64,000 bases of DNA, from NCBI GenBank assembly GCA_964016885.1, contig OZ024743.1, forward strand, positions 87,792,001 through 87,856,000, read 5' to 3'. Made by a program: the position numbers and the translations under genes. The notes below the pieces were generated by a model, which was not told the origin of the DNA, made no database searches, and worked only from the letters and a program-made list of their open reading frames with translations. The number at the start of each line of letters is the position of its first letter. The stretch's first letter is position 1. Of this stretch, positions 1 to 14,917 are shown piece by piece. This DNA is from Eledone cirrhosa. Lineage: Eukaryota.

Positions 1-2770
1 GGCATAATGGGCTGCACCCATTTTTTATTATGTTGGCTTGGTAATTTTTTGTTGGCAGACACTGATCTTGTGCCGATATAATCAGTCCTTCAGTCTCCGA
101 TTTCAGTCCAGAGGATGCCAACCACTGATGGGTTAAAGTTTTGTCAACATCAGGATTGTTAGCTCGCTCTGGGTATTTTCCATACAGAGGCTTTTCTTGC
201 CATTTCTTAGCCAGTTTCTGTAGCAGTTCTTTCTTTGCAGTTACTTTTACCTGCTTTGCTTTTTCTGTGTTTTCCATTTCAACAGTAAATGGGACTTCTG
301 AAATTTGTAGTCCATTACTGTATCTTTGTGCATCTTTTGTAATGGAATATGATCTTTTGGTGCTTTCGTGTTTCAAAACGAGTTTGATCATCCAATCATG
401 TGATTCCCTTAGATATGTGGATAATCCAATTGTTGCAGTTTTCAACGCAATGTCTAACTGGATTAACCCACGTCCTCCTTCTTTCCTAGGGAGATATATT
501 CTATCTATGTCTGCCTTAGGGTGATGCATTCTGTGCATGGTTAAGAATTTTCGGATTTTTGTATCGAGCCTACGGATCTCTGTGCTTGACCAGTTGATGA
601 CATTGTAACTGTAGGTTACTACTGGTATGGCAAGCGTGTTTATGGCATCGATCCTATTCCTTGCATTCAATTCCGTTCTTAAGATTGCTCTGACTCTGCG
701 GTAACATTCCTTCCTTATCCTTTCCCTCATTGTCGAGTGCTTGATTCCGTCTCCTTCACAAACACCTAGATATTTGTAAGTTTTTTCTTGATCAAGCTCT
801 CTTATCACGTTCCCCCGATCAAGATTAATGTCTGAACTCTTCAGCAGCTTTCCTCTGGTGAACGTTGCTTTGGCGCATTTATCCAGTCCAAACTCCATTT
901 TAATGTCATCACTGAACTGCTTCACAGTGGATAATAGCCCTTGCAATTGTTCATCATTTTTTGCAAATAGTTTCAGGTCATCCATGTAGAACAGGTGATT
1001 ATTGGTTTTGTCATAGACTCTATATCCATGTTTTGTTTCATTGAGCATTTTACTTAATGGTATAAGTGCGATGCAGAATAAAAGCGGTGATAAAGAGTCA
1101 CCCTGAAAAATTCCACAATTAATGTTAACTTCTCCAGCTTCCAGTGATTTTGTTTCACTATTCAAAAGGAGTGTCGTTCTCCATGTCCTCATACTGAATG
1201 ACAAAAACCTCCTGACAACGGGGGATATTTTGAAAATCTCTAAACATTTTTCAATCCAACTGTGTGGCAAACTATCGAATGCTTTTTTATAATCTATCCA
1301 AGCAATCGATAGATTTTTGTGTCTATTATGACAATCTTCCAGTATCATTTTGTTAACCAGAAGCTGATCCTTACAGCCATATGAGCCTCGTTTACACCCT
1401 TTCTGCTCAATGGGAAATAGGTCATTTGTTATCAGGTGGTCATATGTGTATTCAGTTAGGACTGATGTTAAAATTTTATACATTGTGGTCAAGCAGGTTA
1501 TCGGTCTGTAATTTTTGGGATTGTTTGTCTCATCATTCTTCGGTAGCAGGAATGTAATGCCGTTAACTAGCCATGATGGTATCTTTTCTGGCTCCTTAAC
1601 TATTTCATTGTAAAGTTGGGCTAACAGCTCATGAGACTCTGTGAAGGCATTTATCCAAAAGTTTTGTATTTTGTCTTTTCCTGGGGATTTCCATTTGCTG
1701 GTTTTTCTTAGAGCCAAGCGCAGCTGTTCAACTGTTATATTTTCCCATGTTTGTTCTTCAAGGTGAGCTGTTTCTTTCATTTGTCTGTCTATCCATGGGG
1801 CATGTATGTTATGAACTTTTTCTTCGGCCCAGATTTTTCCCAGAATTCTTGCACTTCCTCCTTGGGTGGTATTGATTTAGCAGTTATTGTTGACTTACCA
1901 ATTTTTCTGTAGAAGTTTCTTTGGTTGTTTTTGAACATATTATTGTCCTTATAGAATCTAGATCGTTTTTCAAAGCGCCTTATACGAGCAGCTTTGGCCG
2001 ACACTTTTTGCTTGATTGTTTCTATCAGCATGTCTATGTCACATGTTGATCTTATACTGTACTTTTTTTTCAATTTTCTAAGTTTAGTTTGTTTAACATG
2101 TTCACCTACTTTATAGTTTGTTAAAATTTCTATGTCAGATTGGAGAAGGTTTATTTGGCGATTGATGTTATCTTGCCAAGTAGATTTCTTGTGGGAATTC
2201 CTTTGTTTTTTCATCTTCACTCCACATAAGTGAGTGGTGACTTTAGCCGATGCATAATAGAGATGATTTAAGTCAGTAATGTTTAGTTTGTTTGTGATGA
2301 TAATGTTTTTGAGAATTATGTTAGTCTTGTGTATTATCTTTTGGTTCTGTTTGGAGTTCTGGATCTTAGGGAGGGTGTCTCGTTGCCCCATGTCAGATTC
2401 TTTCATTTTCATCCATTCGATCATAATTTCATCCTTCAAGTTGGCAAGTTCATTCTCATTCATTTCTTTATCATTTACGATCTCATTATTTTCATTTGGA
2501 GTTTCATCCTGAGCATGCACTCCCTCCACTTTTTCGCTCCTTTCTTTAATTTGTTCTGTTGCCAGTGATTCCGCCCCAACCCTGGGATTCGAAGTGTTAC
2601 AGTTTACCTCGTTTTCACTGACACATGCTTCATTTTCCCTTCGCTGACTTTGTGCTACTAGCTTGATCTGATCAATTTCTATATCAGTTAGTAACTTTTT
2701 TCTTACAATATTTCTTCGTATATTGGCTAGTTTGTTGCTGTCAATATAGCCTCTGTTTCCGGGATGTTTC

Positions 2771-2773
<3 letters not shown>
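1..2773 (-). mobile_element. R4/Dong-clade non-LTR retrotransposon, 5'-truncated, continues off the left edge
   Basis: Minus-strand translation gives GIFQGDSLSPLLFCIALIPLS (~1050-1115) and NHLFYMDDLKLFAK (YMDD at 977-988). The N-terminal part is track ORF 1789-2529, with a frameshift near 1800. The 5' end abuts (TAA)n, the known Dong target. Confidence 0.85.

Positions 2774-2823
<50 letters not shown>
2774..2823. repeat. (TTA)n microsatellite between Dong-like and Tx1-like elements
   Basis: Direct reading. Confidence 0.95.
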
Positions 2824-3032
2824 GGCGACCTACGTAGTAAATCGTATCATCGTGAGCTCCGCAAAGGTTTGTTATTTCCGTTTGTTAAAAATTGTCATTT
2901 ATGGAAAATTTTATTGTTAACTGTTTATAAGCGCACACACATTGTTTTCCGAAAAGGACACCCAAAAAGATTGGGGCCTTGTGCCCAAAATTTAAACTTT
3001 TATGATTATCAAAACATTTCTTTGAAAAAAAA

Positions 3033-5021
3033 ATGGCTAATTCACCACTGCACCAAGCAGCTGAAAGCCTTTCTCACAAATTAACACCTCACACCGACAC
3101 CACCATTGTAAATGTTACTATGTTTGCCAACACTACAAAAAATATAAGCAGTAGCAATATTTTAAATTTGTCTCAGGCAGACATTCATTTCCCGCCATTA
3201 CCAATGACTGCAGGTGTTAAAGCCTCCACCACCACCACCACCACCGCGACAACCCCCACCCCCACCACCACTGCGACAACAGAAACAAAAGAAGAAAAAA
3301 ATAAATTAACTCGTGATGTCGAAATGAAATCAAGCAAAATGGACTCTTCCCCACCAAAGACGATTGACGTCACCACCACCACAACTGAAACTAAAATTAA
3401 TATTAACACAAATAACGATAGCAACAACAACAACAATGACATTATAAAAACCACCCTCAGTTTTGCCAGAGTAGCAAAACAGTTCGAAGCATTTACGGTA
3501 ACTCAGGAGGATTTAGAAAATGCCAAACAAATGGTAAAGAAAGATGGGTACAGGGTCAGCCCCCCACCACCACCACCTAATAAAATGGAGCATCGGCGCC
3601 TATGCACCGTGTCGTATCGAACAATAAATGTAAAATCGCGCCGAGTGGAACGGGCATCCGAGTCCCAAATCCAAAAAGCTTTGGGACATGTGTGGGCAAG
3701 AAAACCCCACATCAGACGTGGGCAGAAGTATGGAACCGTGGACGTGTTCTTTGAAACACCAGAGGAGGCTAGAGAACACTCCATGGCCCCATTAAGAAGT
3801 GACGACTTCACACTCGTCCCAAGCTATTGTGGCCAGAGACTCGTAAAGATCAGGGTGACCCACGTTCCACCGGCCATCGAAATTCCCTGGCTAATAGCGG
3901 CCGTCCTCGCCGGCATCGAAGCCAACACAAAAATAATAGCAATAGCAAAAGAAAAGCAGGAGAACTGGTCCGGATCTGGGATGGAGCTCCTGATCCAAGC
4001 GGACCAAAAAATCATTGAGGAGATCCTAGAGGTAATAGACCTCACTGACGGCAGCCACCTCACGGTAATTGTCGAGGGCAGAAGACCTAGGTGTGTCGTT
4101 TGTGGTGAAGGAACCCACCTAAGGGCTTTCTGCCCTCAGGCTAAAAGGTTGAGGCCACCTCTCCTACCCACCCCAGTGACACAACCATCAACACCACCAG
4201 TAGCAGAGATGGCAGCAACAACTGTAGCAGCAACAACAGAAGCAACTATAACAGCAACAACCCCAGCAACAGTAGCAAAACCAACACCACCACCACCACC
4301 AGCAAAACCAACACGACCACCACCCAACGCTTCAGAACTAGCACCAGCGCCTACACCATCCACCACGCCACAACCAAAACTAACGCCTGTGGAGGATTTT
4401 CCACTCCCCGGCCTATCACAACTGGAGACAGATTGTGACGACGAGGAGTGGGAAACGATATCAGGAAAAAAAAAAGAAACCAAAAAAGAAAAAATTCTCT
4501 TCCTTCCCACTCCAAAAACAAAACACAGAGGGAAACAAATAAATTAAGAAACAAAAAAGTTAGGACAGATATGCCACCATCCACACCAGCATCACCAACC
4601 CCATCAACCCAAACACCAACACCATCACCATCATTAACCCCAACACCACCATCACCTACACCACAAAAGTCACCAAAATGCGAAACAGAAACAAACCCAC
4701 AACAAACGCAAACAAAACAAAACAACCAAAACGATACACACTACACAGCATTAAATTTGAACAACAAGCAATTATTACACTACATCCAACACAACACCAG
4801 CATCACAGAAAAAGACTACACAACAACCCCAAAATTCACACATACAAATCACTCGCATCACACAGAAAACGTACATGACACTAAAAAAAAATTTCCCCAA
4901 AGACATCGGAGACTTCCGACAAGCACTCTCCAGGAGGATTTATAAGGACATCCTTCCTGAGGAGGCCACAAGCAGTGAAAAGGATGGAAAAACCGTCCTT
5001 CCTCTACAAGAAGTAAGGTAA
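3033..5021 (+). pseudogene. ORF1 (gag-like, zinc knuckle) of Tx1-like copy 1
   Basis: 504-aa ORF with VEGRRPRCVVCGEGTHLRAFC (CX2CX4HX4C). Continues through frameshifts at A-runs to FPKDIGDF...LQEVR*, homologous to the copy 2 C-terminus FEKDVG...QEAKGE*. Confidence 0.85.
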
Positions 5022-5055
5022 GTGGTCTTTCCCATCTTTTCCACTCCTTTTCAAC

Positions 5056-8000
5056 ATGACCTCACTCAGAATAGGCAGCATAAATGCGCGTGGCTTGGGG
5101 TCGTCATGGAAGCAGGGCCACCTGCTCAACGACCTCAGGTCACTAAACATAGATGAAGTGGCCATCAGCGAGACCAGAATCTCCGAAGCACAGGCTTTCG
5201 CACCGATCTTCGGCGGCTACGATGTGTACGCATCTCCCAGCCGTCCGGGATCGGGGGGGGGGGAGTTGCTGTGCTTTTTCGGAGAGGTTTGGATCTTGCC
5301 ATACGGGCCATCTTCCTGGACCCAGAAGGTAAGTTGGTGGTGCTGGACGTGACCAGCGGAGACGGGCAAGCTTTCAGGTTAGTGGCCGTCTATGCCCCGA
5401 CAGGAGCAGGGCGGCCTGATTTCTTCTGGCGTCTGGAGACCTTTCTTGGAACGTCCCGCTCTTTAGTGTTAGTGGGCGACTGGAACGGGATCTTAGATGC
5501 ACGCTGGGATTGTGTGGGATTAGTGGATAGGGAAGGAGGGTGCAAGAGTCTCACCAACCTGCTCAGACGTTTTGAACTGTCTGACAGGTACCGAATGGAT
5601 TTCCCGAATGTACCAATGTGGACTTGGACAAATCGCATAGGGTCATCCAGATCATATCTAGATAGAGTATTTTGTAGGGAAATAGATAGGTCTAGCATAG
5701 GCTGTCCACAATTCAAGATAGTCAGCTACACGGACCACAAATTCGTGATCTGTGTGCTTGACTTAGATAGGCTTCATAGACGAGGACCTAGCTACTGGAA
5801 GCTAAACGCGTCCTTACCAGCGCGCAAGGCCTACAGAGACCGGATTAGCGAACTAGTTAAGCGGGCGTTGACGGGGGCCATCGTCAACAACAAGTGGTGG
5901 TTTGCTCTGAAAAGAGCAATTAGAATAGAGTCCATTAGGTTTAGTAAGACTTTAGCAATAGAGAAAAATAGAGCAGAGGGAGAATTAGTTAGAAAATTAG
6001 ATGAGGCGCTTAGCAAAGGCATCGCGATCGACGTACTTGCGGCGAAATTGGCCCTTGACCAATTCTTCAATGCAAAGCACGAAGGCTGCGTTGTCAGAGC
6101 TAGGGTGCTTGCTCTCAGACACGAGGGGACGAAAGCCGTTCAATGGGCCCGAGTGGCGGAGGCGCGTCGTGGCAACAAAGCCACGATCCGGTCTTTGGTG
6201 GACCACGACGGGCGCATGCTACTCGATCCCGGGCAAATGTGTGAAGCTTTTCAGCGACACTTCGCTCAACTGTTCGGGGGCAGTGGCGGGCCGGATCGAG
6301 GGATGGACTTTAGTGTCTACCTCGACGGACTGCCGCGGCTTTCGGCCACTGAGGCGGAGTGTTGCGAAAAGCCGATAACAACCGCTGAAGTACGGGATGC
6401 AATGACTAGTTGCACAAGGGGTAAATCGCCTGGTTTGGATGGTCTACCCTATGAACTTTACGTACAAAATGCCAGACTTGTTCGGAGGCCTCTTGGCGGA
6501 CGTCTACTGCAACTGGCAACAGAACGGGAGAATTCCCAGCTCTGTGAGCCGAGGAGCGGTGGCGCTGCTGAGAAAGGATCCGAACAAGGGGGATAACATA
6601 GATAATTTTAGGCCCATAACTCTGCTAAACACAGAGTTCAAGATTTTGGCCAAGGTGCTAGCAAAGAGGTTGGCGCTTGTCGTTGGTGGTCTGGTGGGAG
6701 AGGCACAGACATGCGCCATTCCCGACAGATCCATCCACAACAACCTCCACCTCATGCGATACATCGTAGAGAGGGTAGCTAGGGAACCTGGCACGGGTGG
6801 GTCTTTGATCAATTTAGATCAGTCGAAAGCCTTCGATAGGGTCGACCATCGTTACCTAGCGGCAGTCCTGAGGGCGGCTGGCTTTGGGCCCGTCTTCAGA
6901 GGCTGGATCGCTGCCATGCACAGCGACATCTGCTCTGTAGTGAGAGTGAACGGTCACCTTTCGGAACCGTTCAACATCATGCGCTCGGTCCCCAAGGATG
7001 TCCCCTCTCGTCCCTATTGTACGTATTGACTCTCGAGCCATTACTGCACAAACTGGAGACGTTGAGGGGGGTCCCGCGCGAACTAGGATGCGGAAGATCC
7101 GTGTCAGCATATGCCGACGATGTCACCGTAGTGGTGTCGAACGCCAAACACATCGAGGCGATCGGCACTACACTAAGAGAATACGAAGCGGTGACAGGAG
7201 CAATGATCAACCAGGAAAAGTCAGTGGGCCTGCAGCTCGGCACCTGGAGAGGCAGGTCCATGACGTCCAACAGCGTCGTCGGGCGCTGGACGGACGGACC
7301 GGTTAAATTGCTAGGGGTCTGGTTCGGTCCAGACCTCCAGACGGACAAAAACTGGGACGAGGTGACGAGCAGGGTGGCTTCTCTCACCCAGAAATGGGCC
7401 GAGAGGAAGCTATCCCTGAAAGGTCGAGCGGAGGTGGCGAATGCGTACATCGCATCCGTCATCTACTACCGCCTGACCGTCGTACCTTGTCCTAAGCCCC
7501 GCCTGACTGCGCTGGAGCGTTTGCTCTTTCGCTTCTTGTGGAAGGGACGCGCTCCGATGGTCAGGCGGTCCATCTGCTGTCAACACCCGCTACGTGGAGG
7601 GCTGGGCATGCCGTGGCTGATGATGCGCAGACACGCGCTCAGGCTACGACATCTCCACCTCTTCCTCGACGGTGATCAGGTGTGGTAGCCGTTTGCTAGA
7701 CACGTTTTTCCCCAGCTCGTCTCCTTGACGGAGCTGCAGTCCTGGGTCAAGCGAAGACCGAGAGGGAGCGCTTGGAGACTGGAATGTCTTCAGGCGCTCA
7801 CAGCCCTCGACCAATCGGGCAATGTGATCGGTGGAAACTCCACCTTGGCGTTCTACAGGGGATTAAGGGAGGGGAAGAGCGACGACGTACTTGGAGAAAC
7901 TCTAGGCGTCGACGAAAATCAACTAGCCAATCTCTTCGGAAGGACTTTCGGGCCGGGGCCTATGGACAACTTCCAGAAATCCCTGGCCTGGCAGTGCTAC

Positions 8001-8477
8001 CGGGGTGCTTTGCCAGTTCGGGATAAACTTTACAGGCATGGAGGTGCCGTCAGTCGGGCATGTCCGAGATGCGCGCAGGGCGACGAAACCGTCCTGCACG
8101 CACTCGTCCAGTGTCCGAGCATTGCTGACTTGTGGGTTTATGTCGAACACCTGCTGTTACGTGTAGGACGGATCCAGCTATCAGCAGAGTCCATCGTGAG
8201 GATTGCCCCGCCCTCTTCCTTTAGCCGGGAAGGGCAGGCAGTTTTTATCTGTCTGGTGGCCATGGCGAAAGAGATAGTATGGTGGACACGTTTGAAAGGG
8301 CGGAAGACGAGCACTTACCTCTTCGGTGATGCCCTGATTAACTTTTTCAAATTTCATCTGAAAAGGAAAATCAGGGTAGAGAGGGAAGTGCTCTCTTCCA
8401 AGCATTTTGTTGAAAGATGGGTGAGAGAAGCAAGTACGGCCCGAATGAATGGGCCTTCTCTGAGTATGTGTCTGTAA
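5056..8477 (+). pseudogene. ORF2 (APE endonuclease-reverse transcriptase) of Tx1-like copy 1
   Basis: GSINARGL, VGDWN, YLDRV, TDHK (APE); KSPGLDGLP, FRPITLLN, LDQSKAFDRV, YADD at 7110-7121 (RT); CPRC...ETVLHALVQCP. Frameshifts near 5260, 6460 and 6990, stop at 7686-7688. Confidence 0.92.
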
Positions 8478-8706
8478 ATTAAAGGTGGAAAACTGGGAGA
8501 GGGCACTTGCCCTGGTGGTCAGGGCCACTGTGGTCTTTTAATGGGCTTTCTCCACAAATGTCCCTCGGAAGTCTCCCCGCTATTGGGGAATTTTTCTTTG
8601 TTATTTTATTTAATCCTTTTTTTTTTTACACGCAGAAATGCCCATTTGTACCGTCCTGTATTGTCCTGTACTGTCCTTAATGTCTACTTTATGTAAACCC
8701 TTGAAA

Positions 8707-8707
<1 letters not shown>

Positions 8708-8798
<91 letters not shown>

Positions 8799-8805
8799 TT
8801 ATTAT
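8708..8805. repeat. (TTA)n microsatellite
   Basis: Direct reading. Confidence 0.95.
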
Positions 8806-9338
8806 GGCGTTTATAATCTATGTTTATAGCTCTGGTTTTTTAGCCATTGGAGCGCTTGCAAGCATGACTCTGAATTTGCGTTACGTTTCGCTTTTTCTAC
8901 CCGCCGAAATGCGATTCTCGCTGAATTTATATTTGTATTAATCTCCCGAGTCTTACAATTAACCTGTTAATAATTCTATTGACAGATTAATTGCATAAGT
9001 TTATTTAAAAAACTACCCGGTTGAGTGCTTATTCGATTTGTGCTATTTATGCAATTTTTTTGCATGATTTACACATACTGAATTCATTTGCCAAATTCTG
9101 GGGTTTTTCCCCTGTGAGTTACACTTGTGCTTTTACAAAACACTACGTCATCCACAACACTGGTGCAGAACAAAATACCTGTTGATAACGTGATATTCCT
9201 CGTTCGATCATTATACCAAAAGCTTATGGTTGTAAGCAGACAGTATTATTGATTTAGGTGTCACAGAAACCCTGTATTTGGATTTTACCATCAATTCCAA
9301 GGGTCCAGGTTAGTTATATATATGTGTATATATATATA

Positions 9339-9404
<66 letters not shown>

Positions 9405-9514
9405 TTGTAATATAATGAAACGAAATTTCATTTCTCACTCTTAGTACGGCACTTACTTAAATGTAAGTATGTATGTATACGTACATACATATATTATACA
9501 GACGTACAGTAGCA

Positions 9515-9588
<74 letters not shown>

Positions 9589-10019
9589 CATACAGGTACA
9601 CATATATATATGTACGTATCAGTTTAGCGGACGTTTATTATAACGCCCGCTTTGTCCGTTTGTAAACAAGCGGACAGCCTGATTTATGCCGTACGGTGTT
9701 AAGGCAACCACGTCACCTTTTTGTTCAACACTGACACAGGAACGATGTACTAGTTTCAAGCTTCTTAGCTATCATCAGCACCGTATACCCTTCTGCCAGA
9801 TGGTTGAACGTTCGAAAGTATATACTTTCCTTATGAAAATTAACGGCTGAGCAGCCTAATTTGCATATCGAGTGAGTTCAGTCGGTCAGGCGTACCGAAA
9901 ACGATAAGTTGTAATATAATGAAACGAAATTTCATTTCTCACTCTTAGTACGGCACTTACTTAAATGTAAGTATGTATGTATACGTACATACATATATGT
10001 ATACAGACGTACAGTAGCA

Positions 10020-10079
<60 letters not shown>

Positions 10080-10080
10080 C

Positions 10081-10139
<59 letters not shown>

Positions 10140-10340
10140 TATGTCATTTATTTTGTTTGACCTGTTTAGCTTGACTTGTTTTTTGGCTTAGGTGGTTAAT
10201 GCCTTCTTGACCACTTTTTCAGTTTGTATGGCGTTTATAACCTATGTTTATAGCTCTGGTTTTTTAGCCATTGGAGCCAGCATGACTCTGAATTTGCGTT
10301 ACGTTTCGCTTTCGAAATGCGATTCTCGCTGAATTTATAT
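8805..10340 (+). repeat. ~125 bp direct repeat pair (8805-8930, 10228-10340)
   Basis: Shared atggcgtttataa...gaaatgcgattctcgctgaatttatat. The first copy continues into a tail; the second ends in (TA)n. Confidence 0.85.
9742..9784 (-). ncRNA. Minimal hammerhead ribozyme motif (Penelope-like type)
   Basis: Minus strand ACGGTG-CTGATGA-TAGCT AAGA AGCTT-GAAAC TA GTA-CATCGT: core, stem I (ACGGTG/CATCGT), stem II, palindromic ACTAGT stem III. Confidence 0.8.
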
Positions 10341-10497
10341 ATATATATATAAGGGTTAAAATACTGGAGTGTGTTGGAGTTAAACACCCTCTTCGTATTA
10401 TAGAAATGACAGTAAAAGGTATAGCTCAATGTAGTTAAACAGAGCCGAAAAATTAAGAGAGTAAAACAAAGAAGCCTGCAATACATCAAAAGTCTTT

Positions 10498-10543
10498 ATT
10501 AGCCAACAATGTTTCGTCCTATTAAGGACTCATCAGGGCAATT
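10498..10543 (-). ncRNA. Minimal hammerhead ribozyme motif within a ~220 bp element (10351-10568) bounded by (TA)n
   Basis: Minus strand ATTGCC-CTGATGA-GTCC TTAATA GGAC-GAAAC ATT GTT-GGCTAAT, followed by AATAAA. Confidence 0.8.
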
Positions 10544-10563
10544 AAAACAACAAGAAGTAATAT

Positions 10564-10682
<119 letters not shown>

Positions 10683-11254
10683 AGATTTCGCTTCAGGCAT
10701 AGCTTTATACAAATATGTATAGAAATTTCGTATTTCTAAAGAAACACGGTTTTAGGCAGCTGTAGCTATGCAAACACCGGGGCTAACGCCGTCTTGTGGT
10801 GTCCAGCAGAAGCAAGGGGGACAACCGTCGATGCATTTCAGGTTTGACTGGCCTTCGTCAGGGCGGTTACACCCCCCCCCCCCCCCCGACACCCACCCAG
10901 CCCACCCCACTCCACCGCTTGCAACTGCTGGACTTGAAAACAGTCGAGAATATATAGTTTTCTCGTCTGTGTAAATGAGGTGATTATCTCATTAATATAT
11001 TATAGGGGGGGGGGGGGCTGCTTAAAATATCGTAGTATTTAAAACATTCAAACATTAACTAAATGAGTACTCAATACTGGTGATGAGTAGAGAGTAGAAA
11101 TATATTTTCTAAGCAGAAAAGTGGCAGTGACATCAAGTCAGGGCTTCTTCACTTTATCTGGCTGCCAGAACCGATCAAGTTTAAACTTTGAAATCACTGC
11201 CACTTATGTTTTTGTTTAGAATACATGCATGCATAAACACGCAGACACAGAGAC

Positions 11255-11291
11255 ACACACAGACACACACACACACACATACACATACATA

Positions 11292-11340
<49 letters not shown>

Positions 11341-11429
11341 ATGTATATATATATATATATATATACACATGTATATATATATATATACATGTATATATAT
11401 ATGTGTATATATATATATATATTTATATA

Positions 11430-11467
<38 letters not shown>

Positions 11468-11624
11468 AATATATGTATATATATATACATATATATATAT
11501 ATTTATATATATATATTTATATATATATATGTATATATATATACATATATATTTATATATATATATATAAATATATGTATATATATGTATATATATATAT
11601 ACATATATATATGTATATATATAC

Positions 11625-11658
<34 letters not shown>

Positions 11659-11735
11659 TTATATATATATGTATATGTATATATATATATACATATATAT
11701 TTATATATATATATATATTTATAAATATATATATT

Positions 11736-11775
<40 letters not shown>
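11255..11775. repeat. (CA)n/(TA)n compound microsatellite
   Basis: Direct reading. Confidence 0.95.
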
Positions 11776-11779
<4 letters not shown>

Positions 11780-12212
11780 ATCGCATGTCTCTCTGAATTT
11801 TGAATATGCTGTTTGCCTGTAATATTTTGAAGTACTTATATCCGCATCCACAGGTTTTAGATTATCTCAATTTCCGAAGATCCCTTGAAAGGGTGAAAGC
11901 AGAAATTCTGTTCTTAAACTCATGTTAAGATCATATATATATGGGAGGGGGGGGGGGGGTATGGAGAGGAGAGAAAAATAGAAAAAGATAGATTTAGTGC
12001 GAGAGAAAGAATGAGGGTCAGGGGGGGGGGGGGTGAGTGAGAGCGAAAGAGATATGGAGAAAAAGTGAGAGAGAATGAGAAAGAGAGGAAAAGTGAAAGA
12101 GATAGAGAGAGAATGTGTGAGAGAAAGAGGGAGATAGCCCTTATATATACTTATATGCACACCTAACAATCTTTCCTATTCTGACATTCCATCACATATT
12201 TTTACTACGAGC

Positions 12213-13395
12213 CCTCCACCACCACCCCTACCACGGCCACCTCCACCACCACCACTACCCCAATCACCTCCACCACCACCACTTCCTCAATCACCTCCAC
12301 TACCACCACCACCACTACCCCAATCACCTCCACCACCACCACTACCACCGCCACCTCCACCACCACCACTTCCTCAATCACCTCCACTACCACCGCCACC
12401 TCCACCACCACCACTACGCCAATCACCTCCACCACAAACACTACCACCGCCACCTACACCACCACCACCACTACCTCAATCACCTCCACCACCACCGCTA
12501 CCACCGCCACCTCCACCACGACCACTTCCCCAATCACCTCCTCCACCACCACTACCACCGCCACCTCCATCACCACCACTACCTCAATCACCTCCACCAC
12601 CACTACCACCGCCATCTCCACCACCACCACTACCACCGCCATCTCCACCACCACCACTACCACCGCCATCTCCACCACCACCACTACCACCGCCACCTCC
12701 ACCACCACCACTACCACCGACACCTCCACCACCACCACTACCCGAATCACCTCCACCACCACCACTACCCCAATCACCTCCACCACCACCACTATCACCG
12801 CCACCTCCACCACCACCACTACCCCAATCACCTCCACCACCACCACTACCTCAATCACCTCCTCCACCACCACTATCACCGCCACCTCCACCACCACCAC
12901 TACCACCGCCACCTCCACCACCACCACTACCCCAATCACCTCCACCACCACCACCACTACCCCAATCACCACCACCACCACCACCACTACCCCAATCACC
13001 TCCACCACCACCGCTACCACCGCCACCTCCACCACGACCACTTCCCCAATCACCTCCTCCACCACCACTACCACCGCCACCTCCATCACCACCACTACCT
13101 CAATCACCTCCACCACCACTACCACCGCCATCTCCACCACCACCTCCACCACCACCACCTCCACCACCACCACCTCCACCACCATCATCACCAACAACAC
13201 CTATTCCACCACCACCACCTCCACCACCACCTCCACCACCTCCACCACCACCACCTCCACCACCAGCACCACCTCCACCACCACCTCCACCACCTCCACC
13301 TCCACCATCACCACCAACAACACATATTCCACCACCACCACCTCCACCACCACCACCTCCACCATCACCACCAACAACACATATTCCACCTCCTC
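12213..13395. repeat. (ACC)-based minisatellite with ~27-bp higher-order units
   Basis: ccaatcacctccaccaccaccactacc-type units. Confidence 0.9.
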
Positions 13396-13501
13396 CCCGA
13401 ATATTTACATATTTATTATTGACTTAATATCTAATGTTTATGTATTTTTTGACATTATGTCTTTTATATTTCTTTATGGTTGTTTATTTAATGTGTTTGT
13501 T

Positions 13502-14765
<1,264 letters not shown>

Positions 14766-14867
14766 ACCTATCTCTCTATCTGTTGCCTTTTCCTTTCTTT
14801 TTATAGTGTGTATTTAAGATGTTTGTTTAACAAAGACAACAACAACAACGTCAACATCAAAATGTAG

Positions 14868-14917
<50 letters not shown>

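Larger units (their letters stand above)
2824..8707 (+). mobile_element. Tx1/L1-clade LINE copy 1, near full length, frameshifted
   Basis: ORF1 with CCHC knuckle, ORF2 with APE endonuclease, RT and C-terminal Cys/His motif; (TTA)n on both sides. Confidence 0.92.

Noticed and set aside
141-524. 127-aa plus-strand ORF and other antisense ORFs within the LINEs
   Set aside because: Shadow frames of retrotransposon ORFs
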